Positions 41,530-56,299 of a stretch of 64,000 bases of DNA are shown one piece after another. Numbering within the stretch: position 1 is the stretch's first letter; every line of letters begins with the position of its first letter. The stretch lies in assembly GCF_009914755.1 (NCBI RefSeq), contig NC_060928.1; one strand, given 5' to 3'. Made by a program: the position numbers and the translations under genes. The notes below the pieces were generated by a model, which was given only the letters and a program-made list of their open reading frames with translations, was not told the origin of the DNA and made no database searches. This DNA is from the human T2T-CHM13v2.0 reference genome, Homo sapiens.

Positions 41530-42630
41530 TACCATAAATATATCCAACATCCGTGCCTTTAAAATGAAGAAGAAATTCTTTAATGAGGTCTGTAAAGCCT
41601 TCTTGATTCAATCCCTCTTGCTTTTCCGACCTCATCTTGGACCACTCTTCCCTGTCTCTCCTCTCCAGCCATGCTGGGTTTCTCTAGGAGTCTTTAAAAA
41701 GCCATGCTCTCTGCCTCCTCTAGTCTTGCGAATCCTTCTCATCACCCAGCTAAATCTAACCAACATGTCCACTTAAACATCAGTTTCTCAGGGAAGCCGA
41801 TTTTGTCAAGATTAGATTCTCTAGTCAAGGTGAGGTTCCCTCTTGTTTTACATTCCTATAGGTCCTTCTATTTCTCCCTCATAGTAGTTTACATACTTGT
41901 AACTGTTTACATAATTATTTATGACCATTTTTAATACCTGTCTTCAGAGTAGTCTATAAGCTCCATGAGTACACAGATCATGTTTGCTTTATTGAGCTCT
42001 TTCTACTAATATCCAGTGCAGTGCCTGGCACATATAGATGTTTAACATTTATTGAGTAAATGATTTAGGTTTATTCTTTATAAATATAGAAAATACCTTA
42101 AAAATATATACAGCTGACTTATCATCTAAAATACAAATAGAATCTTAATCCTCAGCCCTTACTATCTTTTAATTGCCCTCATTCCAAAAGCCTAAAAGCT
42201 AACTCCTTAGTCTGGCATAGAAAACCTTAACTGCCTTTCCAATGTCACCCCTCCCTACTTTCTTAGATGGAATTACTTATATTTCTCCAAAGTTCTTATG
42301 CAATTTGATGTTTCCTTCTCTTCACTCTTCTTAAAATGTCCATCACATTCTTTATCAATTTGTGAAATTCCCAATTCCAGAATCAACTCAAAATAATCAT
42401 TAATCTTCCTCAGGATTCTCACATGAGCAAAACTGAATGCTGTCACTTCCATAGTTCCAGAACAAAATACTTACATATTCCTGTATTTTAGCATAAGACT
42501 ACTAATTTAAAAATCCTTTTCATCCTTTCAGTATTCCACAAAGACAGAGACATGGTCTGTTTGTACATTCCTGGAACATGTACAAAATCAATAAAAGTCA
42601 TCCGAATCACTGGATGAGTGAATGAAACGT
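41530..42630 (+). mobile_element. L2 3' fragments (two in tandem)
   Basis: ctataagctccatgag...cagtgcctggcacatatag; gagtgaatgaa tail. Confidence 0.65.
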
Positions 42631-43882
42631 ATTATCCCTGCACCTACCTAAACTCTTGTCCAAAAAAAAAAAAAAAACAGTGTATGGTGTTAGAATATTA
42701 ACTAAGAAATTTTCTTTTCTATATAAGATACTTTTAAAATCTACTGCTAGGAAAAAGTCATGTCTGCTAAAGAGTTGGTGGATTTGCTTGAATTTTTTTT
42801 TAAATAAGGGAAACTATGTAAATTATTCTGATTCCCAAGGTGCCCTGGGATATTCAATTCTAATGACATGGATGATTTTCTTTTAAAATATATTCTTCTC
42901 CTTCCATAGTTCTGATTGCTTTCTCTGTACTTTAGTTTTATCAACCTCTCATATATATACTTTTTGTTATGGCAATTTCTAATTATCTTGAAAAGGAGAA
43001 GAATAACAAATAAAAGACTAGTATCACTGAAGTTCTTTCACATTCTGTTATTGTATGATGTTAAGGAAATTAAAAGTTTTATTCACAAATAAGCTAAAAA
43101 TGACATTTACAACGAAAAAATATATTTCCTTAAGACAAAGTTCTCTTAGACATACATATTATTTAGATGATGTGTTCATAGTCTATCTACTTCTAAACAA
43201 ATTGAAAATTTATACTACCCTCCCTAACTTTATACTCACTGGTTTATACAAATGCTCATCTTCTGTTTTTCCCTTTACCAATCTCCCCTTTTCACCTAAA
43301 GTCTTCACTAAGTAAATACTGCAAAAGGCTTTCAGGTCACAAAAATGTAAAGAAAATACATATGACATACATACAGGCTATGTTTTGTATTTTTGTAGTT
43401 GTGTGATCTTGGACAAGTTATTTTATCTATTTTAGCCTCAGTGTCCTCATATTTATAATATGAATATGTTAGTTATCCATTCTACTTCACAGGACTCAAG
43501 ATAATCAGATGGGCCCTTCATAGAAGTATTATCTGTGAGTGTAAGCTTAAATGAATAATATGTTAAGGCTTAATTGCAATACTGTAACATTTTCAATTAC
43601 TATCAATGGGTAAAACTCTTTCCACCAACAAGGTGAACATTGCCTCACACATTCAGTTTGTTTAGCTGCCCCCAGTCATTGTAAAAGTAACATTCTGGTA
43701 AACTCTAGTCATAAGTATGGTGATTCATTACTTTTATTAACCTCCTTTCATTATGCTTACGATATTAGTTCTGGGAGCCTACTGGTTTCTTCTTTGTCAC
43801 TACTACCTAGGCTTTCTAGGTAAATTCATGTATTTATCCATTTATTTACTCATTCACAAGCTCCATGAGGTCAGGAATCTTA

Positions 43883-44418
<536 letters not shown>

Positions 44419-44771
44419 AAGAGTATCTTTTATACAGTAGGCACCCAATAAATGTTGGGTGAATAAACTGGAAAAATTAAATATTTATTGAACACCTACA
44501 ATAAGCACTAAAAGTATTATCATGAAAAAGACTGTAAATAGGTTTGGTTTTCCAAAAATTTTACTCTTGGTTGAATTGGTGGAGGAAAATAGTTAACAAG
44601 CAAACAAATGAACAAAGGTTCTTATTTCAGATTATGAAAGCAGCGATGTCATAAATTGTCTGAAGATGGCAAAGTCAAATTAAATTCCATCGTCAAAAAA
44701 GGCTGCCAGCTGGTGTTTGAGTTGAAACCTTTTTGCCAAGAAGGAAGGCGCTATATTCCTTGTCCAGGAAG

Positions 44772-45069
44772 ATGCTATGGCTCTGCTCTCACAAGTGGAT
44801 TAATGCTGTTATCATGAGAGTGGGTTAGTTGCCACTAGAATGAGTTTCTGATAAAAGGGGTGAGTTTGCCTCCATCTTGCTCTCTTGGATGCTCTCCTGC
44901 CCTTTGGCCCTTCCACCCTGAGATGACGCAGCACAAAGACCCTCACCAGATGCCATCATCCTGATGTTGAACTTTGTGCCATCCAGTGAGAGTGCTAGAA
45001 ATACATTTATTTCCTTATTAATTACCCAGTGTGATATTCTAGTATAGCAACATAAAGCACAGTAAGACA
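44772..45069 (+). mobile_element. MSTD-like LTR (internal deletion)
   Basis: ggattaatgctgttatcatgagagtgggttagtt; ccctcaccagatgcc; aattacccagt...taagaca. Confidence 0.8.
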
Positions 45070-45414
45070 GGAGATAAAGGAGCACAGCCATCTTGGTAGA
45101 GGGAACAACAGGTGCAATCTTGACTGCTGGCTGACTTCCTGGTTAAGTTCTAAATGCCATTTTATGTCTAGGCTCTCCTCCACGGGTAACACAACTTCAC
45201 AGATATATGGCCTCATAGTAATTCCCATGCTGGCACAGCTGAGGAATCTTTCCATCTGTGAATACTAACCTTGTGAGCTACTTCCTCTGGGCACAGCTCA
45301 ACTATGCCGCAGATGACTATACTTGTGTATGCACGTGCAATTCTATGCACTTTAAAGAATGACCAACAAAACTCTCTCTATTCACCTCTCGTGTAAACTG
45401 ATTCTTGTTATATG

Positions 45415-45593
45415 AGCCTTGCAGGATTTTGAAGCATCCTCAATCTCTATCCACTGTATTCCAGTAGCAATCCTCCTCCCACACTGCCCACCCCCCTGCA
45501 CATACACGTACACATTTCTGTCAATCGAAAATGTCTCCAGATATCACTGTATATCCCCAGAGGGGCAAATTTGCCCCCTGTTGAGAATGACTG
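45415..45593 (+). mobile_element. MER20 fragment
   Basis: aaaatgtctccagatat...ggggcaaatttgccccctgttgagaatgactg. Confidence 0.8.
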
Positions 45594-46499
45594 TTCCTGA
45601 GGATAAAATACTAGTATCATCTCCTGCCTTACAAAAGCTTTCTGAGTGATCTGGATGTAAAATATTTGCTTACCCAATTTTGCAGTGGTCACTTCTAACC
45701 TTTCCAGTCATCAGCAGTGCTGTGTACTTTTGACTACTCAGTATCTGAATTCCTCCCTTCTCCATGTCCAGGAGCTAATCCTTGCAAATCATATCCTATT
45801 TCTGGGAGTCTGCTATCTCATACATAAAACGAAAGGCAAAACTAAATTATGTCCAAGAAGCCACACATCTCAAATGTACAATGATTCTTGAAGACAGAAT
45901 CCTACAGTCTTTAGTGTCATTGATATTCTCACAATTTGCACAATGTTATTTATTGGAATCTAAGGGACTTAGGTCACCGGAATGTGCATGGATTAGAGTT
46001 TGTGCTTTGTCCTTCTTTAATTATTGGATTCATTCATTTTTTTCCAATATTGTTTAGAGTAGATTATACTGTTTTTGTTTTATTTTTCTTTTAGCAGTTG
46101 TTTCAATCATTTTGCATTACAAGTTCAAAAATCTAGTAGTACAATATTTAAGACATCATTTATGGGTTTTTTTTCCTACCACATAATATTTTAAAAAGTA
46201 CCTTTTCAAGTGGGGGTAAATATTAAATAGGTTTCTTTCTTCTTTCATTAAGTAATCCAGTTATGCAATACATATTATTGTTGAGTGCTTAGATCCAGGA
46301 AATGGATGGCATGGGAGTACAGAAACGTACTGGTCCTGCTCTTAAGAAGCTAACAATTTAATTGTGAAATAGGCATTGGCAATACAAATTGATAAGTGCT
46401 ACAGAACAGGAACATGCAGAGTGGTAAGGAACAGAAAGAAGAAATATCTACCTAAACCTGGAGGGATAGATTTAATGAAAACATACTGTCAATTTTAGC

Positions 46500-46710
46500 A
46501 CACATGTATATACCTACACACACACACACACACAATGTACACATACTATGTGTGTCTGTTTCTATACACATGTACATATACATGTATCATATCCATATAA
46601 ATATCTATATATTATACATAATACCTATTTGCATATATATTTTTGTATATATAGAGATATCTATTCATATTATTCATAAATGCATATAATTATTCATAAG
46701 TATACATATT
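46500..46710. repeat. (CA)n/(TA)n-rich low-complexity tract
   Basis: acacacacac and tatata runs. Confidence 0.85.
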
Positions 46711-47829
46711 TATTTGGACCCAAAGATCCTAACCATTTTATAAACAGATTCCAAAGCCAGATGTGAACAATGGTCAAGTTAAAATTTGGGATAGAAATGT
46801 GAATATGCACCTAACATCTTTACATATAATATTTGGTGTTCTTATTTAAACACTTTTGCTGGACCATAGGTTCTCCACAGCATTCAGGTAAAAGTAAAGA
46901 AAGAAAGAATGGCAACAACAAAAAGCTTAGAAGTAACCTTATTTGTACTGTGATACACATCAGGGAATTTGGAAGCATGGAGCTCAATAAAGTAGTTTTT
47001 CAATTTGCCAGGAGCAGCAGGAGGGAGACCAAAATCAGAACAAAGAGATCTGGGTGTCAGTAAATCTGTGAAACACTTTAATGTGGAATTATATTTCCTG
47101 ACAACATACGCATTCAATAAAGTAAAGATATTTGATTGCAATTTGCACAGCATCTATTTGAAAGTTAATAATTAGCCATCAGGAAAAATGATGCTTTTCA
47201 AAATTATAATAAAATGTGTCATACTAAAACCTTTAAGGAGTGAGTAAGTGGTTTCATTTTGTTTCAGGGTCACAATTGGCTTCAATGTATAGCCTCGCCA
47301 AGCATTACAGCAGAGAAGCTTTTGTGCAAAGTGAGCGGAGCACCAGGTCAGCACCACTCAATCACTGTTCAATAGACTTCCTTCAGATAATACAATGGGC
47401 CTCAAAATAATCCAAGAAAAACAGTGTGAGGCCATTTCAGCTGAAGGATTATCCCATTGAGAGCTTAAATTTCACTTCTTTCTACAATCATTTTCACATT
47501 TTAATTTACAGTTCATTTATAGATTCCCCCAAATAATGATTTAGCTATTGGGTAATGTTGCTCAAGACCTTTTCACTTCATATAATATCCCCTTTGTATT
47601 TTAAAAGGTCCATCTCCTCTCAAGCTAGTAGTGTTCAACTTTGTAGAATACAACTCAATTGAACTAAAGACTTGGTAAGTCCCAGTACATCAGTTAGTCA
47701 TTAATTGTGTCATTCAGTCAAAGGGTCAGTGAACAGTATTTGTGCAGAACCATAGTATGTTGTACCCAAACACATTTTCTAATGGGATATAAATAGAAAT
47801 GGAAGTTTACCAAAATATGTAGCATTGGT

Positions 47830-48310
47830 GAGGGTGAAATCAAAGTCACACTGACAAACACTGACATGGAAATCATGGGTATTATTATTATTGATTTCTG
47901 TACCCCCAGTCCATCCTAAGTAACTGATCAGGTCAATTATGGTCATCCAGCTTCCCTTAGAGGGAGTGGTTGGGGATGGACACATGGTCAATCTGACCAA
48001 TAACCAGAGAAGTCTGTGGAGGCTTCTTTGAATAACTTTCTTGTTTGTATAAAAGTGGTGCTGGGCCTTGCTGTGTCCGGATGGAACATTTGGAACTCTC
48101 ACAGCCACCTTGCTATTTGCCTGAGTATGATGACAACACCAAGAAAGACAGGTGGATGAGATGGAAAGAAGATAGGTTCTTAATGATTTTGTGCTTACTC
48201 AGTCAACACTGAAGTCTTCCCTACCCTTGGAGTATCTAATACTTTCTTCTTGTTATTTAAGCCAGTTTGATAATTGTGTTTTACTTGCAATTTGGAACAC
48301 CATAATCAAA
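47830..48310 (+). mobile_element. MLT1K-like LTR
   Basis: gggatggacacatggtcaatctgaccaat; cagccaccttgc; atttaagccagtttg. Confidence 0.6.
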
Positions 48311-49912
48311 GTGGTGTAATATGGTATTCTTTTCCTGTAACACAAATTGTTCATGTATGAAGAATCTTAAAATATTTGTATATTTTGGCACACATAAATA
48401 GTATCCAATGAATATTATCTGACTAAATAACCAAAAATGCATATCAAGTTTTAAACATGGAAATTTGACATTGTCTTTTATGATGGTTAAAAATTCAAAG
48501 CAACATAAATGACAAAAAACTGGAGAATTACTTAAATTAACATGTGATTCAATAAAGAAAACTATTAGACATTCATTAAATATTATGTTTTCTAAGAATA
48601 GTCAGTGATATAGGAGAATGTTTATGCTAAAATACCAGGTGATTACAAAATAGAAATCATACAAAATGATATACTAATGCTAGATCTATCAGCTGGCTTC
48701 TATAGCATTCTGGCCACTTTCCAGCCACAAGGCAGATTGTCTTAAGTACATCATCTCACATAATTTTCCAAGCAGATAAAAGAGGTAGGTTCTTTTATTA
48801 TTCCAGTGTTACAGATGAGCAGGCAGGTTTTGGAGAGTACATAACTTGTCAACGATCATATAGCTACGAGGTGTGAGCTGGGCTTTGAACACTGAGATTT
48901 ACCTTTCTTTAATATATTTAGGATGAATAGGGTCTGGATCCTGTCCACCTTTGGGTTAGCCTGTTGTGTGGCCAGCTTTCCTTGGTCACTGGGTTCCTCC
49001 CAGGACTCTGAGAGATTCCCAGCATCTCCTTTCTCTTCACTGTGGATTACCATCTATGCCCTTCACCAATGTCTGATGATATAGCAAGGCCTCGCTTCTT
49101 GCCTCATTCCAATCATTTAATTTCCCACAGTTCTGAATATAGAATGTTTAATGAAATGTTCTGAAAAAATTACATCACTGAGATTGAAATGTATAAATTA
49201 CAGCTAAACATTTCTGTTTCTCAGAGTCCCTTACCATTACTGCCATAGGGAATTCCCCACTGGCTGCCTCTTTCCCTCCAACTGGGCGTCCTGCCACATT
49301 GCTTGAGCTTTTCCTCTCTCCACCTCCTGTCTCCCCAGCTGTCAACTTCCAACCGTATCTGAGTCTCTGTTAGCTGTCTATGCTAAACATCCCAGACTAG
49401 GTTCTTGTATATTTTTGCATATTACAAACTTCTTAAGATACTGTTGAATTTTTTAGAAGAGGGCAGTGTCTTCTTGTACAAACACTTAGAATACCAGAAC
49501 TACAAATTATTTTATACACATTTCAGGTAGCGCTTTCTACTTTCTAGATTTCCAAAGTTAAGACTTACCTTTGAAATAAAAAGTAATTTATTTATAAAAA
49601 ATAAAATAAATTATTTTTTATGAAATACTTTTGTGTATTTTAATAATGCTTTTGCTAAAGGAGTAAGATTATTATTCCATATGTGCACTTACCAGCTGCA
49701 CAACTTAGGAGAATTCCTTTTACCTGTTTTGCTCTCAGTCTTCTCCTCTATAAGAAGAAGGGTTGTCTCTGTCTTTTCCATACCTTTTCCCCTTGTTCAT
49801 CAACCTTTCTGTTTTCTGCTCAGGAAATCCTATAATGAAGCCTCAGCCTGCCAAAGTGACCATATTTCCTAACTGTCACACCCAAATCTCCAATGAAAAA
49901 TCCCTTATTAAT

Positions 49913-50033
49913 AGGATTACCATATAATTTATCATCCAAATTGAGACAATTTTGAGAGTGTAAAGCAATGTTATTAATAATTATACCTCATAAACCAGAA
50001 CAGTCTAGGCGACTGGAGACCTATGGTCAACCT
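49913..50033 (+). mobile_element. MER94-like hAT-Blackjack MITE
   Basis: accatataatttatcatccaaa...ttttgagagtg...tatggtcaacct. Confidence 0.75.
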
Positions 50034-50225
50034 TTATCAGGAGAAGTTCATGCTTTGGGGCTTCCCAGTTTAAGAAAAATAAAGGGGTTTTAGATGTTGA
50101 ACATTTAAATTTTATCCAGAGGCCACTATGCTTTGTGAGAGTTGTGCATTTGGCACAATATGCTGTGTTAGATGTATTGTATAGATCACCTCTGTTTCTA
50201 ATAAGAAGCTTCCAAAGTAGGACTA

Positions 50226-50586
50226 TGATATGGTTCGGCTGTGTCCCCACCCAAATCTTTAGAATTGTAGATCCCATTAACCCTACATGTCATGGAAGGG
50301 AACCGGTGGGAGGTGATTGAATCATGGAAGTGGGTTCTTCCCGTGATGTTCTCATGAAAGTGAATAAGTCTCAATGAGATCTGATGGTTTTATAAACGGC
50401 AGTTCCTTTGCACACACTCTCTTGCCTGCCACTACTTAAAACGTGCCTTTGCTTCTCCTTCACCTTCCACCATGATTGTGAGGCCTCCCCACTCATGTGG
50501 AACTGTGAGTCAATTAAAACTCTTTTTCTTTATAAATTACCCTGTCTCAGGTACTTCTTCATAGCACTATGAAATGGACTAATACA
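50226..50586 (+). mobile_element. THE1C solo LTR
   Basis: tgatatggttcggctgtgtcccc...ggactaataca; TSD gacta/ggcta. Confidence 0.95.
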
Positions 50587-53574
50587 GGCTATCGCCATTT
50601 GAACAATGGCTTCATTCACAAAGAGAAATGTAAGGACACAAGAATTTTTCACTATCTGCCCCATCAAATCCTATTGCCAGCCATTGACCCTGTCCAGAAG
50701 CAACCAATGCCTGTCCTTTAAATTCACACTTACTCTCACCTTAAATACTTTATCTACTGTGGTAAAATCTTCAGTGTCTTTGATGTAAAGCTTTCTGTCC
50801 TAATTTATATTTAATGTTTCAGAAGCTTGCTTCTGAAAGCATATTAAATATATGAGTGAATCAAATGCAAGTAGCACATACAAATTCTGTTTTCTCTTTA
50901 TGTAGCAATTCTTTTTGCCTATATTTGATTCCTTGTAAAGGATGAGAAGTAAAGGAGGATTTGCTTCATTGTTTTTGGTAATTCCCAATTTACAAGAGGA
51001 GTTTGTTTTTCTTGAAAAATTCATTAAGTAAAGGTGTCCATTACCCATAACTGCAGCAGCAGTAAGTGGCTGTTATTCACCAACGGAAAAAAACTTTGGT
51101 CCAAATGGAAGAACCTGAGGGACTCACAGTAGTTCACTTGTTTTCTTTAGCTTTTTCATTTTGTATTTCAATTAATTTTCCCTCTGACAAAAATCTAACA
51201 AGGAAACAGAATGGTAAGGCCATTTTGTTTAAAGAAATGTATCTAGGGAGAAAACAGTACAGATGTAAAAGTGAGCAGACTGTATATTTAATTAATATTA
51301 TAAAAATATAACGTGCTTCAACTGGAGCATGGAAATCTTATCCCTAGGCAGAAAAAAACAATCTGGTATTAGGAATCCCAGAATAAAAGCACTATACACA
51401 CTCACATATACATAGATACAGTCATTGCTATAAGCTAAGTGCAATTTTAGCTTAAAGAGGGACAGTGTTTTTGCCTCAACCATGCACACATATATCAATT
51501 ATTTAATATACATTTATTAAGTGCCTACCATGTGCTATACACAGTGAGAAGTTCCATTATGTTATATATTTATATATAATATAAATCAAATTTTACTGCC
51601 TAAAAATTTAAATTTTAGTGGAAATCACAGATACATAGCCGTTGATTTCAATCCATTTCTGGTTAAATAATTGGTTATGTATAGATAAATCTTACACAAA
51701 GAATGGTTTAACTTGTCTTCATTAAACTACATTCCTAAGAAAAACCTGGCAAGTTTTATTGCAAGCATACAAAAATATTTTGAAAATGCATTCCTTATTT
51801 CTTTAAAATACATTTTATCTACAATACATACATGTTTATTACCCCCTGGGAACTTTTATTAGGCTTTAGAAGATGTGCAAAACATATTTAGGAATAAATG
51901 GACCAGAAATATTAAACCATTAAAGAATTCACCTAAATTACATAATTATACAGCAACAATATAATCTAAATTTAGTATATGTCAAAAAATTTAAGTAGTT
52001 TATACGAAATTATGAACAAAAGTGTTACAGTTCTACCAGTCTGTGAAATTGAATGATGCAAAATATTAGAAGTGTTAGCAGTTTTAGTAGCATTCATTAA
52101 ATCTTCAGTGTTTATGATGCATATTGCTATAGCCTTTTAGGTATTTAATGCAGGTATTTTGCATTCTGAAAAAAATTCAAGTGTCATTTTGCACCATCTC
52201 AAAATGTAATAAGCATTTTCAATAATGAATGAAAAAAAATTCACAGTTCTGTATATTCTAAAAATTACTTCACTTCTTTTATGAGTTTTAGAAAGATATG
52301 TATAGCAAATATTGATTAAGTAAGGAATTAAGAAATTATTGCTGTGCTTTTAAAGTTTGTGAAAATTAAGAATCTGCCATCTTTTGTCAGGGATTGAATG
52401 GATTTTTTCCTTCCAATATCAGTAGTGACTACAATCTACCTCGTAACTATTGTTGAATTGAACCAAGGAAGTAATTGCTACGTCTATATTAAGGATACAT
52501 GAATTGCATTGCCTCTTACAGCACAGAAAGTCCTCTCTATTCCCTTCTTCTGATCGCAATTATTCTTCTCCTTATAACAATTATTTTGTTTTTATTTGAT
52601 AGATATTTTGAATTGTATATCTGACTAGGATTCCCTGAATGCACTAGCTGCAAGAAAGCACCTAACCTTAAGGCCTACTATGAGGAATTGGAGTAGGGTT
52701 TGGGTGCAAGGAGCATTAATTGGTTGCCTGAGGGATTTAATTTGTTCTATAAATGTGTTTTGTTTGGTTTGTTTTTGTAAATTATGTTTGAACAATCAGA
52801 AATTTTACAAATACACACACACAGGTTTAGAAATAGGTAAAGAAGCACACGTGCATAGAATTCTAGCAACAACATGAGGAATTTTAAAGGAAGTAAATGA
52901 CCAAAGTCTCCACCACTCACATGACCTCATACTGGCCTCCTTCACTAATGTATAGCATGTGCCTGTTTCCCGTTAATTATTTGGTTTTGTATCATTTGGT
53001 TTTTGTAACATATTTCCCTTATTTATGGCTTCATTTCATGTTATTTTTCTTGCTTATTTTCTTTTTCCCTTTCACCATTATCTAACTTATAATATTGGTT
53101 TTGTATTTTAGTAGTTTTTATTCCTAACGTAGTTAAGGTATAAATAAAAGAAACAAAGGTTGATTAAATTTGACTTAGTGTATTAGTTAAGTATTTATAT
53201 CTCATCCTTTTATATTGTATTTTCACTTATCATTTTGTAGCTACTTTAAATCTCTTATGAAATGAGTTAGGGACTGTTATAAAGCCAATCTTAACTTTTT
53301 GAAAATCAAATTTTTACCAATGATTTCTTCAAACATTCCCACAATATCCACCAGATGAGCCTATTTGGCTGAAACATGGTCAGAGAAAAGTAGACAAATG
53401 TATGAGTGTCAATTTCCAGATAGCACAAAGAATCATCTGGTTGTGACAGGACTCCAGAAATCTCATTCTTCTATTTTGAAGTGCTCTGACATCTGCAGTG
53501 AGTGCTGCTGGATTTCTCCTTGAGCACCTGATTCTGTGTTTCACAATGTTTTTTCAATGTTACTATTTTTTGAG

Positions 53575-53770
53575 CCCTTTCTATGTTTTGGGGAATAGAC
53601 TAGATACTTAAAATATGTTATTTCATTTAGCCTGTTCTACAGCCCTGGGAATTTGGTATTATTGTATTCCTTAAAAAATGAGTCCACTGAGATTAGAGAG
53701 GCTAAATAACTTGCCCAAGGCCACGTGAGTGAGAAGTGGCTCAGCTAGTACTGATCCTGGGTCGAGTTAC
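53575..53770 (-). mobile_element. MIR
   Basis: actgagattagagaggctaaataacttgcccaaggccac. Confidence 0.75.
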
Positions 53771-54500
53771 TCCAAGGAGTTACTCCCAATGTGTTTGTTA
53801 CCCTTGGGACAGGAGAGTTATCAACCAAAGGAGCTGGCAAGAACAGATGGCACCTCTAAGACTCTTACCTGCAATTAGAAACTGCCAAGGCAGCTGCTCT
53901 TATCATAACATTGTAGTAGAAAAGAGGTGGTAGGAGAAGAGTAGGCAAAAAACAAAAGGAATTCTTATGTTCTCCTAGAAAAGAAAAGAAGAATACAGTT
54001 ATTTGACACTCCTGAGTTAATATGCACTTTTTAAAAATAGCAACAGCCTCTTGAACAAAATCTAAACTTAACAATCCATCATAACTTGGTGTGAATTCCA
54101 CACACTCTCTACCGTTGCTTCTTACTATATTTGAGCTATAGTAGCAAATTTTCTGCTCCTAAAAACATGCCCTGCCCCAGGACCTTGTTATTCGCTGTGT
54201 TGTTAGACTTGCCCCTGGCTGATTTCATGATTGGCATCTCCTCCTTCAGGACTCAAATACCAAGGAAATTAAGGCAGCTTGCCCTATCCATCTTATCTAA
54301 ACTACCTTACTCTCTCAATTATTTTCTGTTCTATCACTCAATTTTTTTTCTCATAATATTTAACATTTTGAAGTAATTTTTAAAATTAATTTATTTTTAG
54401 GGATTTTTGGTAACTGATGCTTTTTGTTTGTTTACATCTATTTCCTACTATTCTAGTAATTGTTTCATGAATCATGATTTTAGATAATTATTGGCCACCT

Positions 54501-54826
54501 TTTAATTTTTTTATTTTATTTATTTATTTATTTATTTTAGAAGGAGTATCGCTCTGTGGCCAGGCTGGAGTGCAGTAGCACCAACTTGGCTCACTGCAAG
54601 CTCTGCCTCCCCGGTTCAAGTGATTCTCCTGCCTCAGCCTCCTGAGTAGCTGGGACTACAGGTGCGTGCCACTACGCCAGGCTAACTTTTTTTTTTTCTT
54701 TGTACTTTTAGTAGAGACTGGGTTTCACCATGTTGGCCAGGATGGTCTCGATCTCTTGACCTCGTGATCCGCAGCGTCGGCCTCCCAAAGTGCTGGAATT
54801 ACAGGCATGAGCCACCGCGCCTAGCC
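54501..54826 (-). mobile_element. AluSc-like
   Basis: gccaggatggtctcgatctcttgacctcgtgatcc; T-rich tail. Confidence 0.96.
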
Positions 54827-56299
54827 TTTTTTTTTTTCTTTTTCTTTTTTGACTGTCTTGGTGGGACCTTCCTTTAAGGCACCTTAGCCAAAAGGCTGAA
54901 ATATCATCCAGCTCGCTTAGATTACCTCTTCCTGGATTTGAGTGTCAATCAAAGTATTTAAGGACTGAAATGTTTGGAGTCCATTTATCCCAATTGTTCC
55001 ACACCGAAGACATTCCCTGTTACTTTGTTATATAGATACTTAGAGCAGCCATAGTTTCTATACAAATTTAAGTCTTTAGTTATTTTTTGTTTGTTTTACG
55101 TTAAGTTAACCCATATTCTCTCAATACGTTATTTTACTTTCTCTTATAAGTTAAACAAAATCAGAAAGCATGGTTATCCTTTTCTGGATCTGCAAACCAA
55201 AATATAAGCCCCATGAGGTCAGAAAATCTGTTTGGTACATTAAACATCTGCAATAGTGTGTGATAGCTAGTGTGCATCTAATAATTGTTTTTAAATATAA
55301 AATGAATGAATACAATCTGCCGAGTGTCCTGAAAGGGGTCTTTAAAGCAGAGATAATTGGATTCAAGAGAGATGTCTGTTTCTAGCTTTAGCTCCTCTTC
55401 AGTGAGTTTGTTCCCACATCATATGAACTTGTTTTCCCCCAATAGTAAAGGCTTCTCACTCTTCTGTGGTCTGTTGTCACTTTTTGTGGAAGATGATATG
55501 CTCTGATTTACTGACTTGATCAGACTCAATTTACTAAACCATGTGACCTTTGGGCAAGTTTCTTAAGCACTCTCTAAATCTTAGTTTCCTTCTCTGCAAA
55601 GCGGATAACAATACGTGCTGTTTCATGGGTAATACCATGAACTCACCAGGCGCTGTTTGGTCTTTTGTTTCTAAGCACTCAGAGAGGTTCCTTTCTCAGG
55701 TTTTGCGAGTGAGTCAGGGCTATATGACTAAGTGAAAATGATGCATGCTACTTTGAGGCCTGACCCTTAAAAGCTTAGACTCAATCCATTTCACATTCAC
55801 TTTTCCCCGGTCTATTGGCCACTGCCATCCAGTGGAGAATACTAAGGACCCAATGGTCCAGGATAGTCAGTCTGGATGGCCTCCAAATGACTGCATTTTA
55901 CCTTCATGTGAGTAAGCAGTAAACTGTAGTTTATTTAAGCCACTAATATTTGGAATGTTGTAGTTGTTTTTATTGTTGTTACATCAGGTAACATAACTTG
56001 ATTAAGTAGATCTATAATTACAATAATTCAAGTAAGGATTACTTAGGATGGAACTAGTACAAAGCATCACTCACAAAAGAAGTTCAAAAAAATATTATTC
56101 ACATATTTCTCCATTGGTTTTTACCCCTGTCCAACATATCTTCACCAGTCCACTTTTACTCCCTTCTTATCTCTTAAATAAAAATGTCTTTCTATTGGAT
56201 TATAAATACTATGTAATTTTTTATTCTAATCTATGGAACTTGGTCCATTACTTTCACTGATTTCTTCGAAATTTCTTTTGAAACTTTCTTTCTCCAATG

